Shown in pieces: positions 52,020 to 63,399 of a stretch of 64,000 nucleotides of DNA (the first letter of the stretch is position 1; every line of letters begins with the position of its first letter). A program made the translations under genes and the position numbers. The DNA comes from Oopsacas minuta (lineage: Eukaryota; Animalia; Porifera), in contig JAKMXF010000031.1 in assembly GCA_024704765.1 (NCBI GenBank), positions 1 through 64,000 of the forward strand, in the 5' to 3' direction. The notes under the pieces were generated by a model that worked only from the letters and a program-made list of their open reading frames with translations, had not been told where the DNA came from and did not search any database.

Positions 52020-52334
52020 TTATCGGTCCTGTAGATTGCTTAGGTGTTTGTGTGATTTGGAATTTACATTTCTACAACAATCAGGCATTGGTACAATATT
52101 CTTGGAGCGGATAGATCCTTGCCTAATTAAAGCATCTAAATTATCTTTCCCTTCAACCATCACCATGTACCTCTCAACTCTCCCAACAGAATTGTGTTTT
52201 CCCAATTTCAATTTGGTTCTCTTGGGAGTCTTTGGAGGAGATGAAAAGGTAACCTCCTTAATACTATAATTCCGAAACTTCCCTTTCCCTCTGAGCGAAG
52301 ACGTAAATGCTCTCATCCCAGTTTCCTTTCCCAA
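52020..52334 (-). CDS. Hypothetical basic protein, 104 aa
   Basis: Open ORF only; a homologous ~45-bp piece recurs at 58899-58940. Confidence 0.3.
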   Translation of the reverse strand: MGKETGMRAFTSSLRGKGKFRNYSIKEVTFSSPPKTPKRTKLKLGKHNSVGRVERYMVMVEGKDNLDALIRQGSIRSKNIVPMPDCCRNVNSKSHKHLSNLQDR

Positions 52335-53020
52335 TTAACTTCCAGAAAGCGGAAGCATGCTTGTGACACCCCCCCCCACTCACCAACAAAGCACTCCATG
52401 TGTCTACGTCCCTATATATTGTCGTTGAGAGCCAGTTTCCTTTCGATTACATGTATATTAAGATAAATATCCCGAAAAGACAACAAACTTCTATTTGTAA
52501 ATTAGTATTATATTGTAAATACCAATTCTGCTAACGTCATCACTAAATCCCGCCTAAACAACTCAACCACAAATTTATGAACCTCAACGATGTCACAAAG
52601 GATCCCCGTACCCAATAAATGATTCTGGTTGAAACCTGAAACCGTACTTGTAGCTACGGTCCTGTAGTTTAATAAGTATAGTTTGTCTATAAATGCCAAA
52701 TACACACTGGCCTTCTCGAGAACATATCTGCCGTATAGTAAGTAGGCTATTGTATCTTCCTCTAGCGAAGTTAAGATCAAAAATAAGAGAGGGAAGTTTC
52801 TAAGCGGGGATAGTTGAATACTAGCGCAACGCTTGCTAGTACGCTGTACGACAGCTTAATGCTTCGCGTTAACCTATGTATTGATTAAACAGCTAAAGCT
52901 TATAGAGTTATTGGTCGCGTAGCGACCAATAACTCGAGCCAATAATATACCCATCTGACTTAGCCCATGATATACTCATTATTACGCAATCAACAGAATA
53001 GTGAAATGTAAGTAATCAAT

Positions 53021-53359
53021 TCAGTGATAATTGGGATACAGCTGTTTATAGTCCTTTATGTGATTTTCTCTTGTATCCTGGCTACAACAACCTGTAGCAA
53101 TCAGGCGTTGAGCCATTTCCCTAACCCGCAAATCATTCAGGCTCCTAAACTCCCTGATACTTGTATCACTTACAACCCGCCGATGTAGCAGCTGTCTCAT
53201 CCTCAACAGTTTCTGGCGTCTTCTAACTGCTAACATGCGCCTTCTCTCAGCCTCTCTGCGCATTCGTGTTATGGCTCGAAACCGACGCTGTATTAGTATA
53301 ATCGGCATAATCCTGGGTGAGTTCTGTGCCAATAATTGTCCAGAAGGAATAGGGGCCAT
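53021..53359 (-). CDS. Orphan Arg-rich small protein, 112 aa (copy A)
   Basis: 96/112 aa identical to 63025-63399; many synonymous differences. Confidence 0.7.
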   Translation of the reverse strand: MAPIPSGQLLAQNSPRIMPIILIQRRFRAITRMRREAERRRMLAVRRRQKLLRMRQLLHRRVVSDTSIREFRSLNDLRVREMAQRLIATGCCSQDTRENHIKDYKQLYPNYH

Positions 53360-53973
53360 CTTTTTGTCAAAGTACAGTCAATTCAATAATATCTAATTCA
53401 GCAATAACTAATCACATAAAACCATATATTAAATAGTACTTAGCCCATGCGCTACTAGCATACTATAGGCAGATGAAACTAAAGTGAACTACTGACACGT
53501 GTTGATATGTAATTTGGCTTCTGGGTCAGATATTTTTTAAGTGCTGGACCACACAGTGGGCTATAATTGCGAATTATTAGTATTAGGGTTTACGCGTTCA
53601 ATTTTAGAGATAGGTTTATAAAATACATTATTACTGTATAGTAAGTCGACTATTGTGGTTCTTTTGTTGATTTCAATTTTGTTCTATCACATCAGGTTTT
53701 CAATATATGACGTAATCTTAATTACCATATACAGTAATACAGAAATCTAGATATACACTGAACTGAGAATTATTAAAAGAAATAGAATATGAATATATTA
53801 TGGCTATGGTAACTGAAGAATAACTAACATACGAATATCTTACTGATGAATTAATTTATTTAACTGCTGGACCAGTTTGCATTATATTCAAATATTTGTG
53901 CGTCACTTATATTATTTCACTTCTTTGAGTGCCTAAGTTTTATCCGAATTGTTCCACTTTTTTCTAAATAGCC

Positions 53974-55819
53974 ATGCCTAGAATGACAAATGCGAATGCT
54001 CGGGAGAAGCTTTCTTCCACTCTAAAGCAGTTCCGTTCCATTACGGGAGAGAGTATTGGGGTCGTATTTACGTGGAGAGGAAAGTTAGCTACAATGGGGA
54101 CTGAGAATTTCCAAAATTTGATCCATTCTCTGAAGAATGAATTTTGTGGGTCAATAGTTGGTTCACATCGTGAGACAGACACTGAGAAGTTCAATCAAGA
54201 CAAAGAAATCATCGATCAGTTAGATGGAGATTTAGAGAGCTACAGTGTCCCAACGCTTCGAAGACTAGTGTCATGGATCACTAAACGCTCAGTTGGTGAG
54301 TTTATTTTATTGACAGATATGAATACTTGACTAAGCGATTATGTGTGAATATTCTAGATTATGTTAAGCCAAACTTATCCTGAATTGCTGACACAACGAT
54401 GATACATTTTAGACATTCGTTTGAATTCTATGCGAAGATACCATTCTTCATACTCGCCTTAGCTTAATGCTGTGATTAAACATTACATTTTAGGAAAGAA
54501 TGTGTCCTTCTGGAATGACGCATCTCTTGTACCTTCATTCTGGCCGAGAGATGTGGAATATAAGAATATTAAACATTCCAACAAAAAGACTCTATGTCGG
54601 ATTATTCGAGGTTATAGGAGGAATGACAACCTAGAGGAACCTGTTAATGGCGTCCGAGACAGATCTCCCCATATTAGCCCTCAGAAGACTCCTCGCGTTG
54701 TTCCCAAGAAATTTAAGAAAAGTCCCGAGAAGAAAAATAAATTCGAACACCATCCAGTTATGACACCGATCACTTCTCTTCCACATTCCTCTTCCTATAT
54801 TCCAGTTTCTGATGTCGACTCTAGTTATAGTGAAGGTTTCCTTCCAGGGTTCCGACAGTTTGAACACTCAACTGATGATGTAATTGTTCCTACTACTACA
54901 CCTAGTTTAGTATCTCAGTTAGGTATAACACCTTTGCAACCCATCTTTGAATTTTCACCGATACTTAACCAGAAGGACCGAGATCAATCATTGTTAGAAT
55001 TGTCCACTAAGAATACATTCCTCACTGACACGTGTATGAACACCTTTTCTGTAAGTTAAAATGTGATAAATACAAGTTAATTGCGTTCAATTTTCACATA
55101 TTCATAGGAACTCCTGAAGAATGTGTATCCTCATGTGCAGGGTCTCCGGGACACGATTCTCTCTAAGGTGTTATATAGGTGCCATGCTTACTATGTACGA
55201 GTTTTGTAACACGAATTATTTTAATGTATCTTCTTTAGAACAGACAATTTGTCAGAGCTCCTCGTCCCAGCATGCAAATTCACCATGATGGAGGACTCCA
55301 TTGGGTATGTTCCAGTGTCGATGTTGAGGGCAATGTTACGGTGTATGATTCCCTGGCAACTGATAGAACGAGTGAGGAGCTGGATATACAACTGGCTCTG
55401 CTATATGGACGTAGTGCTGGTAAGATGACAGTAACATTTGCCCCTATTCAACAACAGAGGTGGTGCGGACTGCAGATTATTCGCGGCAGCAGTTTGTCTT
55501 GCAATAGCGAACGGTGATGATCCACAACATATTCGCTGGAAGCAAAATAGGATGAGATCGTACCTCAGTGATTGCTTCAAAACTGAGACTTGATAGCAAG
55601 CAGTTATGGACTAAGATACTCACTTCTTCCAGGTCAGAATTTAAGATTGAGTTGAGGTGTCTCTGTAACCTGCCAGAATTTGCCTCGAGTAACATGATTG
55701 AGTGCTCGAAATGTCGCCAGTGGTTTCATAAACCATGTGTAGGACTAATCGATGACAGCAATGATGTTGAGTGTTTTTCCTGTCCTCAATGCAGCCCTCA
55801 TCGATCTTCATTACCATAA
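53974..55819 (+). pseudogene. Accessory gene: NRF1/EWG-like DNA-binding domain + Ulp1-like (C48) protease + PHD finger; exons 53974-54295, 54494-55050, 55108-55167, 55239-55819; two frameshifts in the last exon
   Basis: In-phase GT-AG introns. Ulp1 triad in GLHWV, VYDSL and QQQRGGADC. PHD CLCNLPE...MIECSKCRQWFHKPCVGL...CPQC. The N-terminus resembles the NRF1 DNA-binding domain by hand alignment. Confidence 0.75.
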
Positions 55820-55937
55820 TAAATCCAATATCAGTATGTACTCATTATCCCATTTAGTAAGGACACACATACACTCTAGTGCAATTATGATCTCATTGAT
55901 CTCTATGTATTACAAAAATACTCACTACATGTATATA

Positions 55938-58660
55938 CTATTTGCCTAATGTTTTGGGCTTATTGCTTATGTTATTAAGACACGCTAGGAAATATCTTGT
56001 GGTGTAAAAGACGTTTTCAAGACGCATGTATGCGATCTGAGTGGCAATTCTTCGAAGTGAAGAGAACAACTGTTCACAAACTTGTGAATTAATTTTCTTC
56101 ATCTCTTCTGTTTTAATATTTCTCAATGAGTAGGATGAACTACACTTGTGATTTGTTGAATGAAATCTATCGATGAGAAAAGTTGTATCCATAAATACCT
56201 TGGGATCTCTATAAAGAACAAAATGCGAATCATGATACTCCTATAACAAACGGTGCATTATTCCTAATTATATTCGTAGAACAATTTCGAATCTGCGAAC
56301 TCAAAACGTATGTAATATACCTTTTCATGCAAGTCTTGTGTAAGTTGCAAGCGTTATCATAGATAATAACCTTTGGCTGTACTTTGAACAATTATCCGCC
56401 AGCTCAACACTTTCATTCTGGTAAATTGGTATCCTAAGAAGTATTAAATAGTTTTAGCTGAACTATGACAGAATGAAATTACTTACTTGTAGTGTTTAGT
56501 GAAAGCTGGGAAGTAGTTGTAGTGCTCATCACTTTTGGGACAGAATTCAACTATTTTTTGAGAAGGTTTTCTGGACAAACCATCAATTTGGATGAATATT
56601 CTCTTCAGCAGTGAGGCAATCATTGGATGTAACGTAACGTTTCCATCTATGTCTACTGATGTATGTATTGAATTGATCAGGTATTCAAGTGTGTGCATTT
56701 TAGTGTATATAATGTTTAGGGTTTCTTCATTGGCTGATCCTCCCTGAGACAGATGTACTAAAGCTTTCTCTCTTGTGAATTCAGTAGAGATAATTGAACA
56801 ATCCTGTCATCGCGTCAGTACGACAAAGAAGCTGTATACTCTTTCTAGTTCTCTCATATCCTTCGGTTATTGACACCCAATGATATAATTAGAAGAATTG
56901 AAGATTATGTAAGCACAAAATTCCTTGTTATTCAATTTTTCTAGCAATTCATCAAATCTATCCTCTTGAAGGCCTTGCAAACTATACTCTAAGAGTGCAT
57001 TTCGAAGATCTACATCATGAATGAATACCCTCTCAGATGTATCAATCATGGGATACTTCTGCTCGTAATCAACTGCTTCTTCCACTTCAGGTAAGGATCT
57101 CATTATTCCCATGGCAATTCCATCTATAACAACTATTTTAGGCTCCAGCTTGCACTGAGAGCAAGTGTAGTGTGACGAATAATCGAGGTCAACCAATCTC
57201 AAATACGAGTTCCAAGCAAGATGTACTACGTGATACTTGAAGCTACCTTTTCTTCCCATTCGTTGCAGTTTCTGATTTTTGGCACTATTAAAATTGAGAA
57301 TTTCGCCATTATGTAATATGAGAATTTGACCCAAGTTTTATAATATACTAACCTCAAGTACCCATATGGAGTGTTCCTTGACATCGTCATGAGTTCACTG
57401 TAATCGCATAATAGGCTGTAATGAATGAAGTATTTGTTGTTAACATTCAGTAGTAACATATTCTGTCCTTCGTAAACAGCTTGACACTTGCAAGAGCCAT
57501 CACAGATAGAGCTGTACACTACAAAATGCATATGATTTGGATAATAAAATATAATTTTTCCTGTAACGCTTTAGCAATAAATGTAGGTACGTACTACCTT
57601 TGTTTTGGTTGAGTCTAATCACGTCATTTTTTGTGTATATAACAATTCCAGTGTTTTCTAGTTTAAGCTGGTCTTCTCTGTTGAATTCGTAGCCGTTCTT
57701 ACAGTACTTTTGTTCAGGAATCAACATTTTTGGTAACTGGATACCTTCACGAAGCTGCTGGTCGTAACTTGAACTAAGCGCTTCATCAAGAATAAATGGA
57801 ATTGGAGCAGAGGTCACTACATTGTATTCAATCTTTCGTTGACTTTTTATTGAAGGTTGATCAGTCATTGCGAGGATATTTTGGAGCTTTGTTTGTTGCT
57901 TACATTTCCCGAGACAAGAATTACAGGAGCAACCACCAATAGTTCTCAAGGTAAAGTTATGAAGGGTGTCAAGCACTAGGATAGATATATTCGTTGGACT
58001 GATTAAGTAATACATCATCTCTTCAAACACATTGGCCTCACAAACTTTCAAGCACATAATCTGTGAACATTGGACGAATGCTTGATAGTGAAGACAATAA
58101 TCATTGTTACAACAAGAGCAAACTTGAAGATTAGTATCAATGACGAGGCTCGTTTTCTTGAAACCCAGTTTTCCTACAGATGTGATATGCAATATAATTA
58201 TTAATAAACAGAATTGTCTTTGCTAATATGCTCTCCTACAGCATTAAACAATTAACTGGGTTGTAAACAAATTTCATACCAATTGTAATAACAAATACCT
58301 TGTGAATGTTCGTAATCTGGTATTATGGTGTATTTACTGTTCTCTAATAGGAACAGTTTAGATTCCTCTACTAAGATCCTAAACATACTGATCTAAAGTA
58401 GATAGTTTAATATCACTGACTTCTGCGAAGTACTCATCATGAACACGATAACCTAGGACATTGGTAACAAGAGATATAATTATAGAACTTAAATAGACAA
58501 TACCTTGTGATACATTGAATTCTGCATTGATTAGCGGATCTTCGGATAGAATTACGTTATTAACATCATCAGTCAGAGAAAGAATAGTGTCTTCTTCAGT
58601 CTTTCGCTTCTTTTTGTTACAATTGAGCGATATCGTTGAGTAGATTATGTTATCTGCCAT
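55938..58660 (-). pseudogene. KDZ-type (HMGXB3/Zisupton-related) transposase, spliced and disrupted
   Basis: YTCSQCKLEPKIVVIDGIAMG, PKVIIYDNACNLHKTC (~56380-56330), FLIDRFHSTNHKC and INSQVCEQLFS. Upstream Cys-rich CxC-like segments. Confidence 0.8.
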
Positions 58661-58977
58661 TAACTCAGCCGGAAGTTTTACTTAGGAATTACAATAGCTA
58701 TTTATACAGAAGTAACCTTTCAAAGAAATTCCAATTGCCATTGTGGTTACATGGTTGCGCATATGACAACTGGTATGATTTGTGGTTAAAATTATCTAAT
58801 CTTCAAAACCACTATGTATATACTCTACACCCCACTATTTATTATATATGTGCATGGGTACTAGTAGCGCATGCGCTAGGTACTTTTTAATACCTCCCGT
58901 ACAAATTCTTGGAGGGGGTAGATCCTTGCCTAATTACAGTATGTAAATTATCATCCCATCACAAATTAAAGGAACAG

Positions 58978-58979
<2 letters not shown>

Positions 58980-59040
<61 letters not shown>

Positions 59041-59062
59041 TATTATTATTATTATTATTATT
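58980..59062. repeat. (ATT)n microsatellite
   Basis: Direct read. Confidence 0.95.
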
Positions 59063-59096
59063 AGAGTATTTATTGTATTGATATCGTAATGTAGTA

Positions 59097-61217
59097 CAGT
59101 AAACATTGGATTTAATGACACTCGTTTGGGCAGGCAAAAAAGGTCGCTATATCCGATTTGTCGCTATATCCGAGGAAGCTTTATATATGCATTATATACC
59201 GGATGACACCCATATTTATTCGTGTTATACGATGTAGTATACTATGTTGTTGTATTATCGTCATAATAATGTCATGAATATGATTAGTTTGACTTGAAAA
59301 AGCTAGTTATTGAGGCCTGCTGCAATCGACTCAGCTGACTTTCAGCCAAGAAGTTTTGAAGTTCGCTGACAGACTGAATCTGTTTCTCTGAGCATGGGAG
59401 GGTGCGCAAGAACTTCATAACGGTGTCAAGGCATGAGACAACAGTGTCGAATTACGGAACATGGATATTGGGGGGATATTCATTGTCGTCATTTTCGATA
59501 TCAACATCGTCATCACTTGGAGGGTGCAGACTATTAAGGATATCGTCAATTTCGAGACCATTTGCACCAGGTCCAATTGCAACACCATCATCCAGAGCAA
59601 CAAAGTCCTCAAATGATAAGCCATCCGAAACAAGCCCTGCTTCTTCAGCACTGCTCCAAATTGATGTGTCAGGTGCTGAGGTTTCTTCAGTGGCAGGTAA
59701 ATCCTTGAACCCAACATGCTGATAGCAATGCTTGATGGTTGTGGGGGTGACATTATCCCAGGACATTTTTAGCCAGTCCAAGGCCTGGAGCAAGTCAAGC
59801 TTGAACCCCGTTTCAGAATCAACTGCCAATAAACGCTTCCTAACAAGAAACCGGCGGTAGTGGTGCTTGAGGTTCTTGATTATACCTGCGTCCATGGGCT
59901 GAGTCATAGACGCTGTGTTGGGTGGGAGAAAGAAAAGCTTGATATGGGACAAGTTAAGGTTCGGATGACCTGAGAAGTTGTCAAGAATCATGGCGATTTT
60001 CCTGTCGTCAAATCTCATAGAATTGTTCAACTTCCTTAGCCATTTCTCAAAAATCTCACTTGTCATCCATGCGGTTCGATTGGCATCATACTCCACTGGA
60101 AGATTCAGGACGCCTCGGAAACAGTGGGGGCGCTTACTCTTTCCAATAACGAGTTGCGGAAACCTCTCCCCAAGCGCACTAGCTGCTACCAATACAGTGA
60201 GGCGTTCCTTGGAGCGCTTGCCTCCTTTGCACAAGTCTCCTCGGAAAGACAAAGTTCTGTCTGGTGTCATCTTCCAGAATAGCCCAGTCTCATCAGCATT
60301 GAAAATATCCTTGTCTTCAAACTCTTCTCTGATCAGTTTCAGCTGCGTTGATATCCAGTTGTCAGCACCAGCGTGATCTGCTGATTGGCTCTCACCCGAG
60401 ATTTGACGGCTGGTGATGTTATGGCGCTTCTTCCAACGATCTATCCAGTTCAGATCAAGGAACACAGGTTCGAGGTAGCCAGGCACATTTCGTACTTTCA
60501 GTTTCTCCGCGATGCATATCGCCTTTTCTAGAAGAAAGGGACAGGTGACTGACTCATCTGGAGCTGTGCTCTTCAAACAACGAAACCACTCAAGCAGTGC
60601 AGTGTCGATCTCCGGGTATCGAGACAGCTTTGTGCTCTTCGAATCAAGATTTGATGCACTTGCGATGGAAGTTTCAATCATCGCCCGATCTTTCAAGAAG
60701 CCGGCTAGGGTCCCATGTGAAATGCCATGTTTCTGCTCCAAGAATGGTCGCTTAGCTCCTGCATCAAGCTCCTTCAAAATTTTGTATTTTTCAGCAAAAG
60801 AAAAGCGCTTCCTTTTGCCAAGTCCGCTCGAATCCATGACGATTAAATTTTAACATTACATTGTACGTACAATAGCTTTTAATAAGCGTTTTCGTAAAAA
60901 GCCAGGTGCTGTTGATTCAATAGGAGATTTAATTGTTTTATAATTTAAATCAATTATTAAACCCTTAATAATTCACTAATTAGTACACTTTTCTTAAGTC
61001 CACAGTATAGACAACCCAAAAGTCGTAATATCCAATTGGATTTGCATAGAGCAGGCATAGAAAATATGTCGCTAAATTCAATGTGTCGTTATCTGACAGG
61101 TCGTTATACCCGAGGTATGGTGTGTGCAGAATAATGCTGCGAGATTCTGGCAAGCAAAATGAGTCGTTATAAGCGATTTGTCGTTAAAGCCGATGTCGTT
61201 AAATCCAATGTTTACTG
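59097..61217 (-). mobile_element. Complete pogo/Tigger DNA transposon, 2121 bp
   Basis: 24-bp TIR CAGTAAACATTGGATTTAA(T/C)GACA (1 mismatch), with TA on both sides. Confidence 0.95.
59452..60837 (-). CDS. Tigger/pogo transposase (CENP-B-type HTH + DDE_1), intact 461 aa
   Basis: KRFSFAEK, YPEIDTALLEWF, FNADETGLFW, ILDNFSGH and QPMDAGII (DD29D). Confidence 0.95.
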   Translation of the reverse strand: MDSSGLGKRKRFSFAEKYKILKELDAGAKRPFLEQKHGISHGTLAGFLKDRAMIETSIASASNLDSKSTKLSRYPEIDTALLEWFRCLKSTAPDESVTCPFLLEKAICIAEKLKVRNVPGYLEPVFLDLNWIDRWKKRHNITSRQISGESQSADHAGADNWISTQLKLIREEFEDKDIFNADETGLFWKMTPDRTLSFRGDLCKGGKRSKERLTVLVAASALGERFPQLVIGKSKRPHCFRGVLNLPVEYDANRTAWMTSEIFEKWLRKLNNSMRFDDRKIAMILDNFSGHPNLNLSHIKLFFLPPNTASMTQPMDAGIIKNLKHHYRRFLVRKRLLAVDSETGFKLDLLQALDWLKMSWDNVTPTTIKHCYQHVGFKDLPATEETSAPDTSIWSSAEEAGLVSDGLSFEDFVALDDGVAIGPGANGLEIDDILNSLHPPSDDDVDIENDDNEYPPNIHVP

Positions 61218-61219
61218 TA

Positions 61220-62090
61220 TTACGAATATTACTATCAAATAGTTCAAGTGTTCATTTAATTCTACGTGAACGAGTTATCGGTACTTACAAACTATTCAAT
61301 AGAACTCGCGAAAGTTCGTGAAGTATTCCAACTCTATGGCTCGGAAGAATTCTGTTCCCATTTAACACTAGGTCTAACTGAAAATGCGAACGAGTCCTTA
61401 CACAATGTCATTTGGAACTTCTGTCCAAAGGCAAATACCTTTCTCCTCAAAGTGTGCGTATTAGCACTGCAATTTTGCTGTAACAATCTTCAATGAAGGA
61501 GAACTAAGCATTTTCGGATTTATGCGGGAGCTGAAACTTTGTCCTTCGTATACTTCATTCCGGTCTGTTGTCAAAAGGGAACATGTAAAGGAACAACACC
61601 GAACCTACATTCGGAAGGCAAATGTTCATAGGGGAGCAAGACGTCTAAACTAAACAAGGCTCCGGCGAGAAACAGGACTTCTCCGAAAGAAAGGTGGACC
61701 CAGCTATAAATCTAGCGCTTTAGGATCTGAGACCCGGTGAAAACCTACAAGAACACCCTGTTCACGTGCAAGAACTAGAAGAACTTCCAGGACAAGAATA
61801 TCTTCCAAAGGGAAGAAAGTCTGTCAGACGATCCCAAATTCTTTTACCTCAAATTCAGAATCTGACTTTTCAATAAAAGACAGCGGTAGTGAAGTTAGTC
61901 ATGTGATTCTTTGTGATATATGCCTCCTTACACACCCTCCGACACAAAGACAACAAGTTATTTCAATTTGCTCCAGGGTGAAGTGGCTCACATGCATATC
62001 CTGTAAGAAATCATTCCACCAGAGATGCACAGAACTTGACAGGGGAGCTGTATCTAATTCTTCGGGGAATACACAGTGATAAACCAAATA
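61220..62090 (+). mobile_element. Mutator-like transposase 3' remnant followed by a PHD-like Cys/His cluster
   Basis: LGLTENANESLHNVIWNFCPK motif; downstream CDIC...WLTCISCKKSFHQRC. Frameshifted. Confidence 0.6.
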
Positions 62091-63024
62091 TTGGCATTTT
62101 ATTTTTTTGGCCGCATGACGGAAATATTCCTGAATTTTGGTTTTTCACTTGATAATCTCCACGACATACTCATGTTTATCATGGAGTTATCACACCTTAT
62201 GATTTGCTCAAAACATTAGGTGGTGTATTAAGCGATTGGCAGCTTAAGGAGTATTGAGATATTCTTATCCTATGTGTTAATACAGAACTTTAACCCTATT
62301 GAGATATCTTTTGATTTATCGATCGTAATTGGTTTATATGACTTTACAAGAGGAGAAACTTTGTTTATAATCTTTATGATTGTATTTTTGAAAATTGGTA
62401 ATTCTATGTGACTACAGGCCGCCTATACCTGTAACATTGTATATATTTTTTCTAGGACTTTTCCCAGTGGTAATTTAATAATATTTTAGTAATGAATAAT
62501 TCATTCCACTGCAATAGTTTAGTAGAATAAGGGGTTAGCAGGCTAAAGTCAAAAATACATACTTTGAATTTTATTTGCAGTTTTCAGTAGGGTCCGGACA
62601 AAGTTATCAATTTCTTGATTTTATACAAGGATTAATCAATCAATCAGTAATTATTCTTCAAATGATTAGCAATGCTACAATACTTTAAGTTGATATACAA
62701 TCACTCTCTGAAAGTTTGAAGTCATTGTGACATATACTTCATCATGGAAAAGTCGTTAAATTTTGATAAAGTTAGTTTTGAGAAAATCATGTTTGAAGTT
62801 AAAATATTGCTTTATTTGAAATTCGATGCTTTGTCGGGTTTTAAAAGCTATTATTATTGATTGCGACACATTTGAGATTACGGTTGTAACAATTCCACCA
62901 CTGATGCATGAATGACATATCTTTCTACTCATAATACTAACGTATTCACATCAATATGGGTTTTATGTGATTAGTTATTGCTGAATTAGATATTATTGAA
63001 TTTGACTGTTCTCTGAACAAAAAG

Positions 63025-63399
63025 ATGCCCCCCATTCCTTCTGGACAATTCTTGGCACAGAACCCACCCAGGATTATGCCGATTATACTGATACAGCGTA
63101 GGGTTCGAGCAATAGCACGAATGCGCAGAGAAGCTGAGAGAAGGCGCATGTTAGCAGTCAGAAGACGCCAGAAACATTTGAGGATGAGACAGCTTGTACA
63201 TCAGCGGATTTTGCTTGATACAAGTATCAGGGAGTTCAGGAGTCTCAATAATTTACGCGTTCGTGAGATGACTCAACGCCTGATTGGTACAGGGTGTTGT
63301 AGCCAGGATACACGAGAAAATCACATTAAGGACTACAAAGAGCTCTATCCCAATCATCATCGAATTGGTTGCTTCTATTTTCACTATCCTGTTTATTGA
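63025..63399 (+). CDS. Orphan Arg-rich small protein, 124 aa (copy B)
   Basis: Inverted paralog of 53021-53359; CGA replaces copy A's TGA, extending the ORF by 12 codons. Confidence 0.7.
   Translation: MPPIPSGQFLAQNPPRIMPIILIQRRVRAIARMRREAERRRMLAVRRRQKHLRMRQLVHQRILLDTSIREFRSLNNLRVREMTQRLIGTGCCSQDTRENHIKDYKELYPNHHRIGCFYFHYPVY

Larger units (their letters stand above)
53433..58886. mobile_element. KDZ (Kyakuja-Dileera-Zisupton)-class DNA transposon with two convergent genes
   Basis: Inverted repeat 53429-53460 / 58859-58890 (32 bp, 4 mismatches, TTAA outermost) encloses a transposase gene (-) and an accessory gene (+). Confidence 0.75.

Noticed and set aside
59978-60853. Plus-strand ORFs 59978-60376 and 60512-60853; likewise 17328-18536 and 20181-20564
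   Set aside because: Antisense shadows of the Tigger transposase and importin coding exons.
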